A program made the translations under genes and the position numbers. A stretch of DNA of 64,000 bases from Tubulanus polymorphus (taxonomy: Eukaryota > Animalia > Nemertea): the NCBI RefSeq assembly GCF_964204645.1, contig NC_134035.1:744001-808000 (forward strand). Reading direction: 5' to 3'. Positions 39,971 to 50,770 of the stretch are shown here, piece by piece (position 1 is the stretch's first letter; each line of letters opens with the position of its first letter). The notes under the pieces were generated by a model that made no database searches, was not told the origin of the DNA, and was given only the letters and a program-made list of their open reading frames with translations.

Positions 39971-40230
39971 ACACACGACTTAGTTGACTAAATAGTCCAG
40001 TTAGTTCACATATAGTCTGGTTAGTTCACTAGTAGTCCAGTTAGTTAACTAAGTCCGGAAGAAGTTGACTGAAGACTATGATGAATTTCAAAAATTGAAA
40101 TCACATTAACAAGGAGACTGACTGAGAGATTCGGGGACAATGGGGTGATTGATATGAATTTAAATTTCGGCCTTATTACGTACAATACGGACCAGTGTGT
40201 CGTCTAATTCTGATTAGATATGGTACTATG
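39971..40230. repeat. Dispersed, deleted and rearranged copy of the macrosatellite unit
   Basis: The 19-bp subrepeats and AAATTGAAATCACATTAAC..GGAGACTGACTGAGAG are in + orientation. They are followed by the reverse complement of CATAGTATCATATTTAATCAGAATTAG..GTACGTAATAAGG. Confidence 0.85.
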
Positions 40231-40360
40231 ATATGGTACTACGTTATCGAAATGTGCAAATAAGAATTAATTACAAACTGATGGATTTGTGTTGATCTAT
40301 CAATATCAATGTACAAGTTTACAGAAAAATGCATCATTTTCTACCTGTCTCCCGCAGAAA

Positions 40361-40506
40361 GTCAGTCCCATAACGTCAGTCCCATAACGTCAGTCCCATA
40401 GCGTCAGTCCCATAGCGTCAGTACCATAACGTCAGTCCCATAACGCCAGTCCCATACTGTCAGTCCCAACGTCAGAGTCACATAACGTCGAGTTCCATAT
40501 AACGTC
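40361..40506. repeat. 14-bp tandem repeat GTCAGTCCCATAAC, ~10 copies
   Basis: Directly visible. The copies decay toward the right end. Confidence 0.9.
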
Positions 40507-40990
40507 TACATTGTATCATGATATTCTAAGATCTTTTGAAGATTTTTTTCACGATAAAGGATTGTTATGAATCATCACTAACTCTAAATGACTGCGCATT
40601 TACTGCATTCACATCCCGTTAGAAAACACCGTAGGCAAAAACGCCAGAGACGTTCAACATTCCAGAAAGATTTACGACGAGAATTAAGTAAACATGATAA
40701 TTTATTAACATTGGATATGGCTGACATTTCTCTAGATTAATACACTTATACAATTATTCAATGCTATTCAGATTAACATATTTCTTGATTCATGAAATTT
40801 AAAAAGTGAAGACAAAGCGATCTACTTCAACAGAGTCATTGCTTACCCTTTACGATGAATCAAAGGTTCTGGGAGAATTATACATAGAAAATCCCGGGAG
40901 TAGAACAGTCGTAGCAATTCCTATTCGACATGTTCTCATTAACGATGGCGTACTACATCACTGAGTCATGCAATGTTTGACACAATATAA

Positions 40991-41182
40991 GCAACAAACA
41001 TGGACCCGGGCGTAGCAACAAACATGTACCCCGGCGTAGCAACAAACATGGACCCCGGCGTAGCAACAAACATGGACCCCGGCGTAGCAACAAACATGGA
41101 CCCGGGCGTAGCAACAAACATGGACCCCGGCGTAGCAACAAACATGGACCCCGGCGTAGCAACAAACATGGACCCCGGCGTA
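40991..41182. repeat. 24-bp tandem repeat GCAACAAACATGGACCCCGGCGTA, 8 copies
   Basis: Directly visible. It explains four periodic ORFs at 40953-41212. Confidence 0.95.
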
Positions 41183-41583
41183 TAGCACAGTAGCTTTATT
41201 ACAGCATTTCAAATTAGTTCATTTTCATTTGTTTGACTCTCTGGCAAAATTCTCACCCTCTAGAAAAACTCCAGAAGGGACTTTATTACGATGAACGTCC
41301 TATTCTTTAGATTCGATTGATCGATCTTTTATGAAACGGATTGCACGTGACCATAGTTTCAAATCGCTTGACCATTTATGGAATTTCAGTTTGGAAGACA
41401 TCGACTATATATTGCACTGGAACCATTTTTTTTACAATACTTCGATATTTCACAAGAATAACAAGACTTTTTTTCAAACATCGATTTTTTCCATACACCC
41501 ATTGGGAAGATTCTGCGACACGACGACTCCTACAACGATGCGTTATACGATGCACAACGAAATGTAACAAGTTTAATTTTAAT

Positions 41584-42750
41584 CTAAACAAGTTTCGCGG
41601 CAAAGTCTTCGTCCGCTACCATGTCTACGATATGATTCCTGATATCGTACGGATTTTTGACGACGTCGCGAATCGAGAACTGAATCTTGTATTCGGCTTT
41701 ATTGTAATACGTGTGATGAAACAGGTGATTCGACATCGCTTCCGTACCGAGCGGTTTATTTTTGTATTTAGTGCGTTTCAGCAATTGGCAGATTTTACGG
41801 CGAGGCGATAAAGCGGGTCCGGGTTTCCTGCAACTGTTTATTACAGGCGATACGTTGAAATCGTCGAAATTCGGGGTGAATCTCGTGTAGGAAGCGAAAT
41901 AGACGGCGTCGCATAGAGACACGGTGCGGTTACCTTCGTTACCCGCCGCTTTCTCGTAAGACACTAGAATATCATCGGTCATGAACGGACCAGTTTTCCA
42001 CAGAACGTCGGCTTTACCAGTTTTCTTGTTCGCTTTCGGTAGAAATTCGATTATTTTTCGAAAATATTTATGTTTCGGAGCCGAAATCATCAACGCGTTC
42101 AATGTCGACGGTCGCTTTCGACCGAAATAGATGATGCTGTGGGCGGGATGATCCTCGGGTATCATCGCCGTGTGAGCTGCTATTAGACTGTTAAACGGAT
42201 GCAGGGCCTCGATGTCTAAATCGGCGTACACTCCACCGAACGTATACAGAATGAAATAGCGAATCGCGTCCGCTCTTTGAATTCCCTTCGAATATTTGAA
42301 GAACATAAGATAATAGGCTGGAAATCTCTTTTTAACGAACTCGTCCGCGATAAGATCAGTCCACAGCCAATATTCCCAATCGGGATGTAATCTAACCCAC
42401 GATGCCACGTATTTCTTGAACGTTTTCGGAATGCGTTCGGTTTTCCACGTTTGGTGTATTCGTTTAGGAGTGGTTGGGCATATCGTGCCGGTTGACTGTA
42501 ACTGTTCGAGCAACATAGCCACGTTCTCGTGATACACGACAGGTACGTCCGCCATGACGGTCTGATTAGGTTTCGCCAGCATCGGCAACGTAACCATGAC
42601 CGACATATTCGAACTCGACGTCTGCGACAGTTTCTCGACTTTGTAAACGTAGAATGAATCCGGTAGTTTAGATTTCCAGCTTAAAAATACGTAGACAGAC
42701 AATAGCGTCAGTATCATTATACCAGTTATCTTGAAAACCCTTGCGCGCAT
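41584..42750 (-). CDS. GT32 / Gly_transf_sug glycosyltransferase (OCH1/SUR1-like), intronless CDS, ~388 aa
   Basis: ATG at 42750 (MRARVF) and an N-terminal type II membrane anchor. Motifs: PKRIHQTWK, WEYWLWTD, RADAIRYFILYTFGGVYADLD (DxD), KTGP. Confidence 0.9.
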   Translation of the reverse strand: MRARVFKITGIMILTLLSVYVFLSWKSKLPDSFYVYKVEKLSQTSSSNMSVMVTLPMLAKPNQTVMADVPVVYHENVAMLLEQLQSTGTICPTTPKRIHQTWKTERIPKTFKKYVASWVRLHPDWEYWLWTDLIADEFVKKRFPAYYLMFFKYSKGIQRADAIRYFILYTFGGVYADLDIEALHPFNSLIAAHTAMIPEDHPAHSIIYFGRKRPSTLNALMISAPKHKYFRKIIEFLPKANKKTGKADVLWKTGPFMTDDILVSYEKAAGNEGNRTVSLCDAVYFASYTRFTPNFDDFNVSPVINSCRKPGPALSPRRKICQLLKRTKYKNKPLGTEAMSNHLFHHTYYNKAEYKIQFSIRDVVKNPYDIRNHIVDMVADEDFAAKLV

Positions 42751-44766
42751 ATTCGTGGTTAATCTACTTGTATTTCTACGACCTATAAACAACACACGAA
42801 GAAAATGAAAATATATATGTTACTTTATGCTGCGAAAAACCCCAAAGACAAATGCACAACATTCAATGTTCTATACTTAGGTAAACAAACCACATAACAA
42901 AACTAAAATTTGATTAATCCTTTAGATATCGCTTCTAGCTCCAGTGAAACAATGATTTCACACGAGGATTACAGTAAACATTATTTGCTTCTGGGCCTAA
43001 TTAATTCTGCTCCTGAAGACATAAAATATTTGGTCGAAGAACATAATCATTCGATAGAGTATAAAACGTCACTTCACAGCGGCCTAGCTGACCTATAGTT
43101 TGATCACGCGACTGTAGGGTGAATAGCGAATCCGTTATTTCATCATCATGAATCTGTCTCTTAGGTCCGACGGGCTTCATACGTACAAATAACCATAATT
43201 CGTCACCTACGACAACATATATAGGGAACTTTTTTTTATTCTAGTTTTATGTGGGTTCCTACGCATCTCGAAGCATTTAGCCTAATTGCGTGGTATTACG
43301 CCGTTACAGTAGGATGAATAGTGCTGGAATAGTGCTGTTTTTTTAAACCTTAAGTACGAAAGGATACACGCCAAGCTGCACCCGGCGTACTCCGTATATG
43401 TTTAGCATCTGTAGATAATTGCCTTCCATCGTCTGAGTCACTTCCTCGCTCAAAATTGTATCCCAAGGATTACCTAACGTACCGGTTAATCTCCTGTCCA
43501 TCCCGTGCCGGATAATCTCCTGTCCATCCCGTACCCGATAATCTCCGGCCCATCGGGTATATACCAGTAGACCGCCCGATCGATCCGGCTTTTTGAAACA
43601 AGTCAGAATAGAATAGATAGTCAGAATTTCCCTATAGACATTGAATCAACCCGCTACACTTACCATTCTCCAGTTCCCACAATCATTATTCCGAATCACA
43701 GACGAAAGAAACTGAACGTACTGAAGACTCGGTACCGGGTACTGCAGACGACCCGACTGTGCTAGAGATCCGTATCCTCACCACTCGGAATAAAATCCGT
43801 TACCATGGCAATTGAAAAAGTGTGCATCTTTCTCGATCGCGCTCGATCCACACGATATTATAATGAGGGTGCTTGACACCTCTGCACTCGTTTGGCTATA
43901 TACTCCCTTGATACGAAAAAATACCCCTACCTTAATACTTCCTTGTTTACGTTTTCACAACCAGTCGATTTGCTCGTAGCATTGAAATAGGTCGGAAACG
44001 ATTGTTAAACGAACAAGGTCAAGCGCCCCAGCTGCATAACGTTCATTTTTAATGTTACACCACTGAACGCGCTTCCCGATAAATCAAACGCTCTTCTTCA
44101 GACTGTAGGCGATAATTATATCGACGTATCTTTGATTACGTAAAAAATTCAGCCGAAGAAAACATTCCATCAGCCGTCAAGTCGGGTAAATAGAGTAGAA
44201 CACGCCACGATAACTTTGTATTTTAAAAAATCATTTTGGCAGTATTATGAATTGGTGGACATTGAAAGCGTATTTGATAGCAGAAGCCAGTTGCATAGTC
44301 ATGGCTTAGATTTAAGACTATAGTCTGAGACCAGTTTAGTTCTAGTTCTATGAGCCTTAGTCAACATACTAAGATTTTAAGACCACTTTTGGATGTTGTC
44401 ACGACTGGTGTGTGTAAGGGCCCTCACGGGTTTCACGTTTACTGTTCACGTGTCGTAGTTTCCCCGGTCGGTAGACCAGAGGTTTACACTCGCAAAACGC
44501 AAGAACGAATGAACGAATGAACGACGTGTAGTTTCCTTGTATACAGAGCAGAACGGCACTGACTGAAAACTGTATTCGAGATAATCAGACGCGAAATTCA
44601 ATGTATTTCTATAGCAGGATCATCTGAAAAAACTTTATCTATTTCAATATATAATATTCATGATAACGTGATAAAACTACGCAATAAATCGCGAGAGACG
44701 AATGAAATACGAGTCCCACAGTCGTTCTTAATGGTATATATACTGTGAAATATCATAATTTTAGTC

Positions 44767-44808
44767 ACTCTTGAGAATGGTTTTTAGGATAAAACCGAAA
44801 ATTCGAGT
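44767..44808 (+). ncRNA. Minimal type I hammerhead ribozyme motif (U3-A8 core variant) within a Penelope-like fragment ~44702-44881
   Basis: ACTC-TTGAGAA-T-GGTTTT-TAGGAT-AAAACC-GAA-AATT-C-GAGT. Helix I is ACTC/GAGT, helix II is 6 bp, helix III is palindromic AATT and the cleavage triplet is UUC. AATAAA follows, and 22-bp inverted repeats flank it. Confidence 0.6.
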
Positions 44809-45261
44809 TTTTAATAAATTCTTTATAGTTTTGATGTTTTAAATCTTTTTCGAACTTGTGATTGTGGGACTCATATTTCATATAATATTCAGTTTGATAA
44901 TACATTCTTTACATTATTCGCAGTATTTCTATTTCTACCAATTGATTGCCACCAGTTGATGATTTTGCCATCGTGAGGTGCATGAGAATTTTTTTTTTGT
45001 TTATTATGGTTTTATTTGAAAAACTGCCCCAAATGAGGTATTGTAGGTTTACCATCGATAGCAGCAATCTTTAACCTTCAACAATAACACGCACCTGTTA
45101 CTGGACAATCCGGAACAAAAACCTTAGGTGGTGAATTATTTGACGATAGTTATTTTTTCGAACGACTTCAATATCTATTAACAATTTTCACTTTTACTCA
45201 ATGAGTCTGAATGTCGACCCGGTAAGGTATTCACGGTCGGACTGTTCGATCTACCGTTCAT

Positions 45262-48200
45262 TTATAGGTGGTTTTTAATTTCGTATTCCCATCTGAAGAT
45301 CGCCGCTGATTCGGGTGGCATAACGAATTGTTTTCCACTCTGAACGGTGTCACCTTTCTTGAACGGGAAATCGCCTCCAGTAACGAACTCGACCTCCATG
45401 TTCTCGCTGTGAATAAGTTCGCTTTTCGCCATTTGTTGCGGTTTGAACATGTCCGCCGTGCTGCCGAAATTACAAACTAGTAGAAATCTGAAGAAAAAAA
45501 TAGAAAAACATCGAATACCTTTCTATATAAATCATTTGTATATAAAGATTTAATATAAAGATTATTTAATTTAAAAGCACGCTGCCTGTATTATATTTGA
45601 AAGCCAGCAAAGACCGTGAAAATATTTTGAATAGCTAATAAAAACTTTCTTCAAAACATGGGTGCTTCGCTTCGCTTTCTTAGTTAAAAATCTGGAATTT
45701 TTTTGTACGATATAAATCGTTTTTTTACCCGGGATGCCCGTCCGCATGACGCACGAATGATAGTATCTGGTGAGTCGTGTATCCGACAGTCATTAGTCCG
45801 GCTTGAATACTCGCTTCCTTGCCGCGTAGCGCAGACAACTGCCTGAACTGCGACAAGGGCGATATCTTGTTTACGTTTTGAATCTGTTGTATAAAATGAT
45901 GAATTAGTTCAGTGGCTTATTTTCCGAAATCATTTCGAATATTCAAGTTTCAAAAGTCTGCGAATATCTGATACGTTTATGAAGTATACCTGTACGTTGA
46001 GTGTATCCCATTTAGGCGCCAGTGAAATCCAAGGCGCTGATGCCGTTGTGTCGTTACCGCTGAATCCGGCGTTTGTCGTGTTATCCCACTGCATCGGTCT
46101 TACCGCCGGGTACGCGCCCTGAAAATAGAGACAGTCTTCGAAATAGCTTTATACATAAACATATTATTTTCTAAAAAAAAATTTTCTCATTCGTGTTTTT
46201 AAGTAAAGGCCAAGAAGATACATAATATTCGCGTATGAAGATGAACACGTGACCAGAAATCCAACAATAATTTCAGCAAAAGATGGAAAGTTCTTAAGTG
46301 TATATTTCGAGCATTTGAGAACTTTACATCTTTGGCTGAAATTATTGTGCGATTTCAGACGTATTCATCCTATGTATTTTTTTTCGAACAGGTTATTGTC
46401 CGCGTGTCCGTGTGACCTCTTTTCGCCGTCCTTGCGCTGGCTTCTTTTGTCCCAATGAGTCAGGATGGTGCAGGTATAGATACGTTTATCTTATACCGAC
46501 ACTTCGATGCAGGGCGACTACACCCAATCAGACCAGACAGCTAGAACTGTAAGTCTTTTTATTTTATGCCCCATCAATTTGCTTATCGTCGTTCTTGCGC
46601 TTGCTTCTTTTGTCCCTATGAGTCTACAATATGTGTAGGTATAGATATCTTATACCGACACTTCGATACAGAACGATTATACCCAATCAAACCAGACAAC
46701 TAGAACTGTAAGTCTTTTGTATGTCTCATCAATATATTTTGCTTTTCGTCGTTCTGTTTCTCATGTCCTCGTCTATATACGCCTCATTATCGCTGATATG
46801 TGATATTAATTGCCATCGTGTCAGATTTGACGTATCACGATGGAATACATTGTGAGACACTCAATCTATGAAATACGCCCGTGTTCTCTTTATCGATGAC
46901 CGCATGTATAACTTATGCAACCAATTATATAAAACGATTTTTTGACGCCGTAAAACCCGTTACAATTAATGTTTATATACATTGATACCTAGTATGCGTT
47001 ATTTAAGAGGTTCTGTGTGGGTCGATGTGCACTACGTCATCAATATTGGCGTTTCAAAATAACAATTACAATTGTGAATTTTAGCGTTAATTTTGTAAAT
47101 TGAATATAGCTCTTAGTAATTATTTTGTGAGGATGTGCCTACGTTATCGTTATATATCGGGGCTAGACTGGTTCCCGGTCAATTCAATTCAATCATCGAT
47201 ATATTCAAATTTTAAATAACTTATTCATCCTGAATATATTATGTTATTCATTGACGACAATGTTACGCACTGTTTTATATATGTTATGATTTTTTTGCAA
47301 CTCGATTTTTGAAATGATTTAGTCGCTTACCGAGCTCGCTTGTAGTTGACCAATCTCGTTCCCGTAAAGAACTACCGGCGTAGCAGGCAATAGAAACGTC
47401 ATCGCTTTCAACGTGTCGGCTACACGATCCTTCATTACCGGTACACCTCGGGCTATATCATCGAACCCGCTTCTATGGTACAACTGAAATTTATATCGAG
47501 ATATTTCTGTTGTTAATGCGCCCATGAATCGTGACCTAAACGCGGTAGGGGAACGATAGGGCGTACGATGCGGTATAAAAACTTCAAAACAAGGAATAAA
47601 AGACCGCTATCGTAAAACACAGGCCTAAGAATCGTGCCTCAAAATTTTTGAGATTTTGTAGATTTTGAACGTACCAGCGTTGCGGGCCATTCTCCGGGCC
47701 AATTCTCACTGGGTTCTCGCGACATCGACCCGTTCAAACTTTCGGCAAGCGATGTCGCGTTCACGACTGGCATTAAGAGCATCACGTGTGAACGAGGCTG
47801 GAAGACTATATCGGCGCCCTTGTATATATCATCGCCGTAAAGGCGTCTAGCATCCTCGGACGGCTCTAACGCGTCGACGAATACCGCCCTGTAAAAAATA
47901 CACGACGAAAATCTGTTAAAAACACATCTAAGATTAAAAGATTAAAAGCGAATTTCATTCATCAAAAACTAAAATCAGAAGACACGAGGTTTCGAACTCT
48001 CTCACAAGAGGTCGCCTGACGATGATCTCTTGAGAATTTTCGATAGATTTCAATATTATTATCTATGATTCTCCACGTCACAGGTGTTTTTGTTCTCACA
48101 GAAAATTAATCTTTGCAAGTATTTTTTTGCAGGATAATTTTCTGTTTTTCTCGCATATTGTTATTAATCACCTTTTATCGTCGGAGTCGGAGTCAGTCGA

Positions 48201-50770
48201 GTAGTTTTGCATTATATGAAGCAATCTGTTAATTATCGCCTTACAACCAGGAAGAACGAACGTGTATTCGTGGTCGAGATAGTCGTACGAATCCTATAAG
48301 AATCGATCGAAAATCTATCCAATATCACTTAGGGCGCTTCTGATATAGTTTTAATATTGTGACTGTTATAGCTACATGGGTATGGAAATAATTCATATGA
48401 AAATGCATCCATTATCCCTCAAAACGAGAATAGGGCGCTTGTGTTAGTTTTAAGACTGTTACGGGTCGTAAACTAGCGATAGATTTTTTTTCATCAATAT
48501 TATCTACGTCCATACCGTGACGTTCGTTTTTCCGCTCGGTTTCGAGTCCCTTAAATCGTAGTCTTCGACTAGAAACTGCAGACGAACCAAGTTGAAACCG
48601 TCCACTCCTCGATCCAACCAAAAACGAGCTATTTTCTAATGAAAACAAGCCGCGCGTTATTATTCATCGCAGAGTTTGAAGAAAAAAGTTTAATTAACTG
48701 GGCCGGGTTTATAGATCGTTATTACCTTTAACCCGGGGGTTAATTCAATTGATAATGAATTGAGTTAGCCCCCGGGTTAAAGGTAATACCATCAGTCTAT
48801 AAAACTGTGCCCTGAAGTTAACGCGGTAGACTCCGCTTAACTATTTCATCGTTGACGAGAATCATAAGAAATCGAAAGATTCGTCGCGAATGGGAATTTC
48901 GTAAAACTTACGTCCATTTCTTCTCGCACCATCATACTCCTAAAATTCAAATCGGGTTCTTCCGCGGAAAATTGGTGAAGATAACATTCCTTTCTTTGCG
49001 AGTCGTACGTCCACGCACTACCACCACGCACGCTTAACTAGAATCATACAGAAAACGATGATATCGAGAGCAGAAATAAACTGGAATTTGTCTCGGAAAG
49101 ATATATGAAATGATTTTCATACCCAGTTGTTCGGTTTATGAGTGCTGTTGTCGCAAGGCGCCCATACGTAGTAATTGCGGTACGGGTTTGTGGGGCTGTT
49201 CGACTTTCGACTTTCTTTAAACCACCGATGTTTATCACTGGTGTGGTTTATGACCCAATCCAGAACGAGTTTCATATCTGAAATGATTGTTTATGAGGGC
49301 TGCACCATTATTCCAATATATTAGTTTTCGTATATGAATACTACACTTCTGTAGTTTGATTTAATGGATCAATTTGAAACCGCCTTCCTAATTTGTGGCA
49401 CTTACTGTTCTTGTGTAATGCGGTCACTAGGGATTCGAAATCGGCTAGATTTCCGTACATCGGATCGATATCGGTGAAGTTACTGGTGCGAAAACCGAAT
49501 CGAGTTAAATTAGTGGCGATGGATTCGTTGCTGTCGGTGAATATCGGATACAATTTCACCGTACCGATTCCTAATGATTTCAAATAGTTCACTTTCATTT
49601 CGATTCCTAAAAATAAAACAGAAAAAAAACGTGTGCTACGAACGCTTTTATAGAAGAAAAGAATTTCGTTAAACTGTAAAATAAAGCTGACAAAAGTAGA
49701 ATTAGACCTACTCGATTCTCGACCTATATTTTGGAACCCCCCGAAGCGTTGCTTTTCTATGAGACACTTCAATGTTTAAGCTTAAAGTATTTTGTTCAAT
49801 TTTGTACATTTCTATCATCTGTTTTCCACAGTCTCTAATTCTTAGAGTTAGAATTATTGATTAAGAACTAATATTTTATCTTTTCGAGTTTAGGGAGTCG
49901 AAATACGTTGACCAGACTTGACCAGAGTTAAATTAGACTGGTTGCCGGTCTCTAATTTCAATAAGTAGTATTCTGACTGTGAATGAATAATGCAGAATTC
50001 TATATGTAACCAGTCTAGAAATATAACTTGACAACTTAGTAACCGTGGCTTAATTCATTTTTGATGTTCGCACCTTTCAAATCACCGTTACCATCTCCGT
50101 CACTGTCGTAGAAGCTGCGGGTGAAAATGTTATAAATCGGTTTTGTCTGCCACCAGGTGGCTGTGGGAGTAGGTTTACATCGAGGGAACACGACAATGAA
50201 CGCGACACTAGCGGCGATCAACACCAACCAAGTCAGAAAGAATATCACCAGAAGAACCTGTAATGCGATAGCCATGTTTGAAAACCGAGAAATTGAAAAT
50301 TCATGAAATACAATCTTGTTTACATTAGCATTCTAATGAAGCAAAAATGACTTCTTGATATCATTCTGGTAATGTAAAAGTCTTGAGTGTCAAAACTAAA
50401 CAAAACGCCAAGGTGAACATTTCAAACAATTTTTTAGATCATATTCTGACAATTTTAGATCCCTTTTTGAATATAACAAAAAAGGATCTAAAATGTGTTC
50501 GCCTTGGCGTTTTATTTACTTTTGACACTTCTTGCAATTTTAGATGATTTCTCATTGACTTACAGCTCGGAACCGACACCAGAATGGTGTTTGTGAAAAC
50601 CGGAGTAGATCCTCTTTTCCCATCCCGGCGTACGGTTTATCGGGTTTCAGATCCACTGCTACTGGTTCATTATCGTTCACGATATCGATGTCAATTTCTG
50701 CTGTATCTGACGCGTCTTTCACAGACGGCGTTTGAGGGTCAACGTCTTGCTGTTTATATTCATTCGCCAT
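45262..50770 (-). CDS. SLC3A1: SLC3 amino-acid transporter heavy chain (rBAT/4F2hc-like, GH13 fold), 12 exons, ~663 aa
   Basis: Exons 50770-50564, 50257-50074, 49606-49406, 49277-49123, 49037-48912, 48635-48516, 48293-48172, 47888-47675, 47483-47331, 46118-45990, 45883-45729 and 45487-45262 join in frame. Motifs: YAGMGKEDLLRFSQTPFW, single TM, PRC, WWQ..RSFYDSDGDGNGDLKG, YLHQF..EPDLN, PMQWD. Confidence 0.9.
46431..46755. repeat. ~165-bp intronic tandem duplication (2 copies)
   Basis: CTTGCGCT.GCTTCTTTTGTCCC.ATGAGTC ... CTAGAACTGTAAGTCTTTT occurs twice. Confidence 0.85.
48701..48811. mobile_element. Palindromic MITE with CTG target-site duplication (Harbinger-like)
   Basis: GGCCGGGTTTATAGA..TATTACCTTTAACCCGGGGG / CCCCCGGGTTAAAGGTAATA..TCTATAAAACTGTGCC, with CTG on both sides. 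Confidence 0.8.
50386..50529. mobile_element. MITE with ~35-bp TIRs and 5-bp TSD (TCTTG)
   Basis: AGTGTCAAAACTAAACAAAACGCCAAGGTGAACA / TGTTCGCCTTGGCGTTTTATTTACTTTTGACACT. TCTTG lies at 50381-50385 and 50530-50534. Confidence 0.85.
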
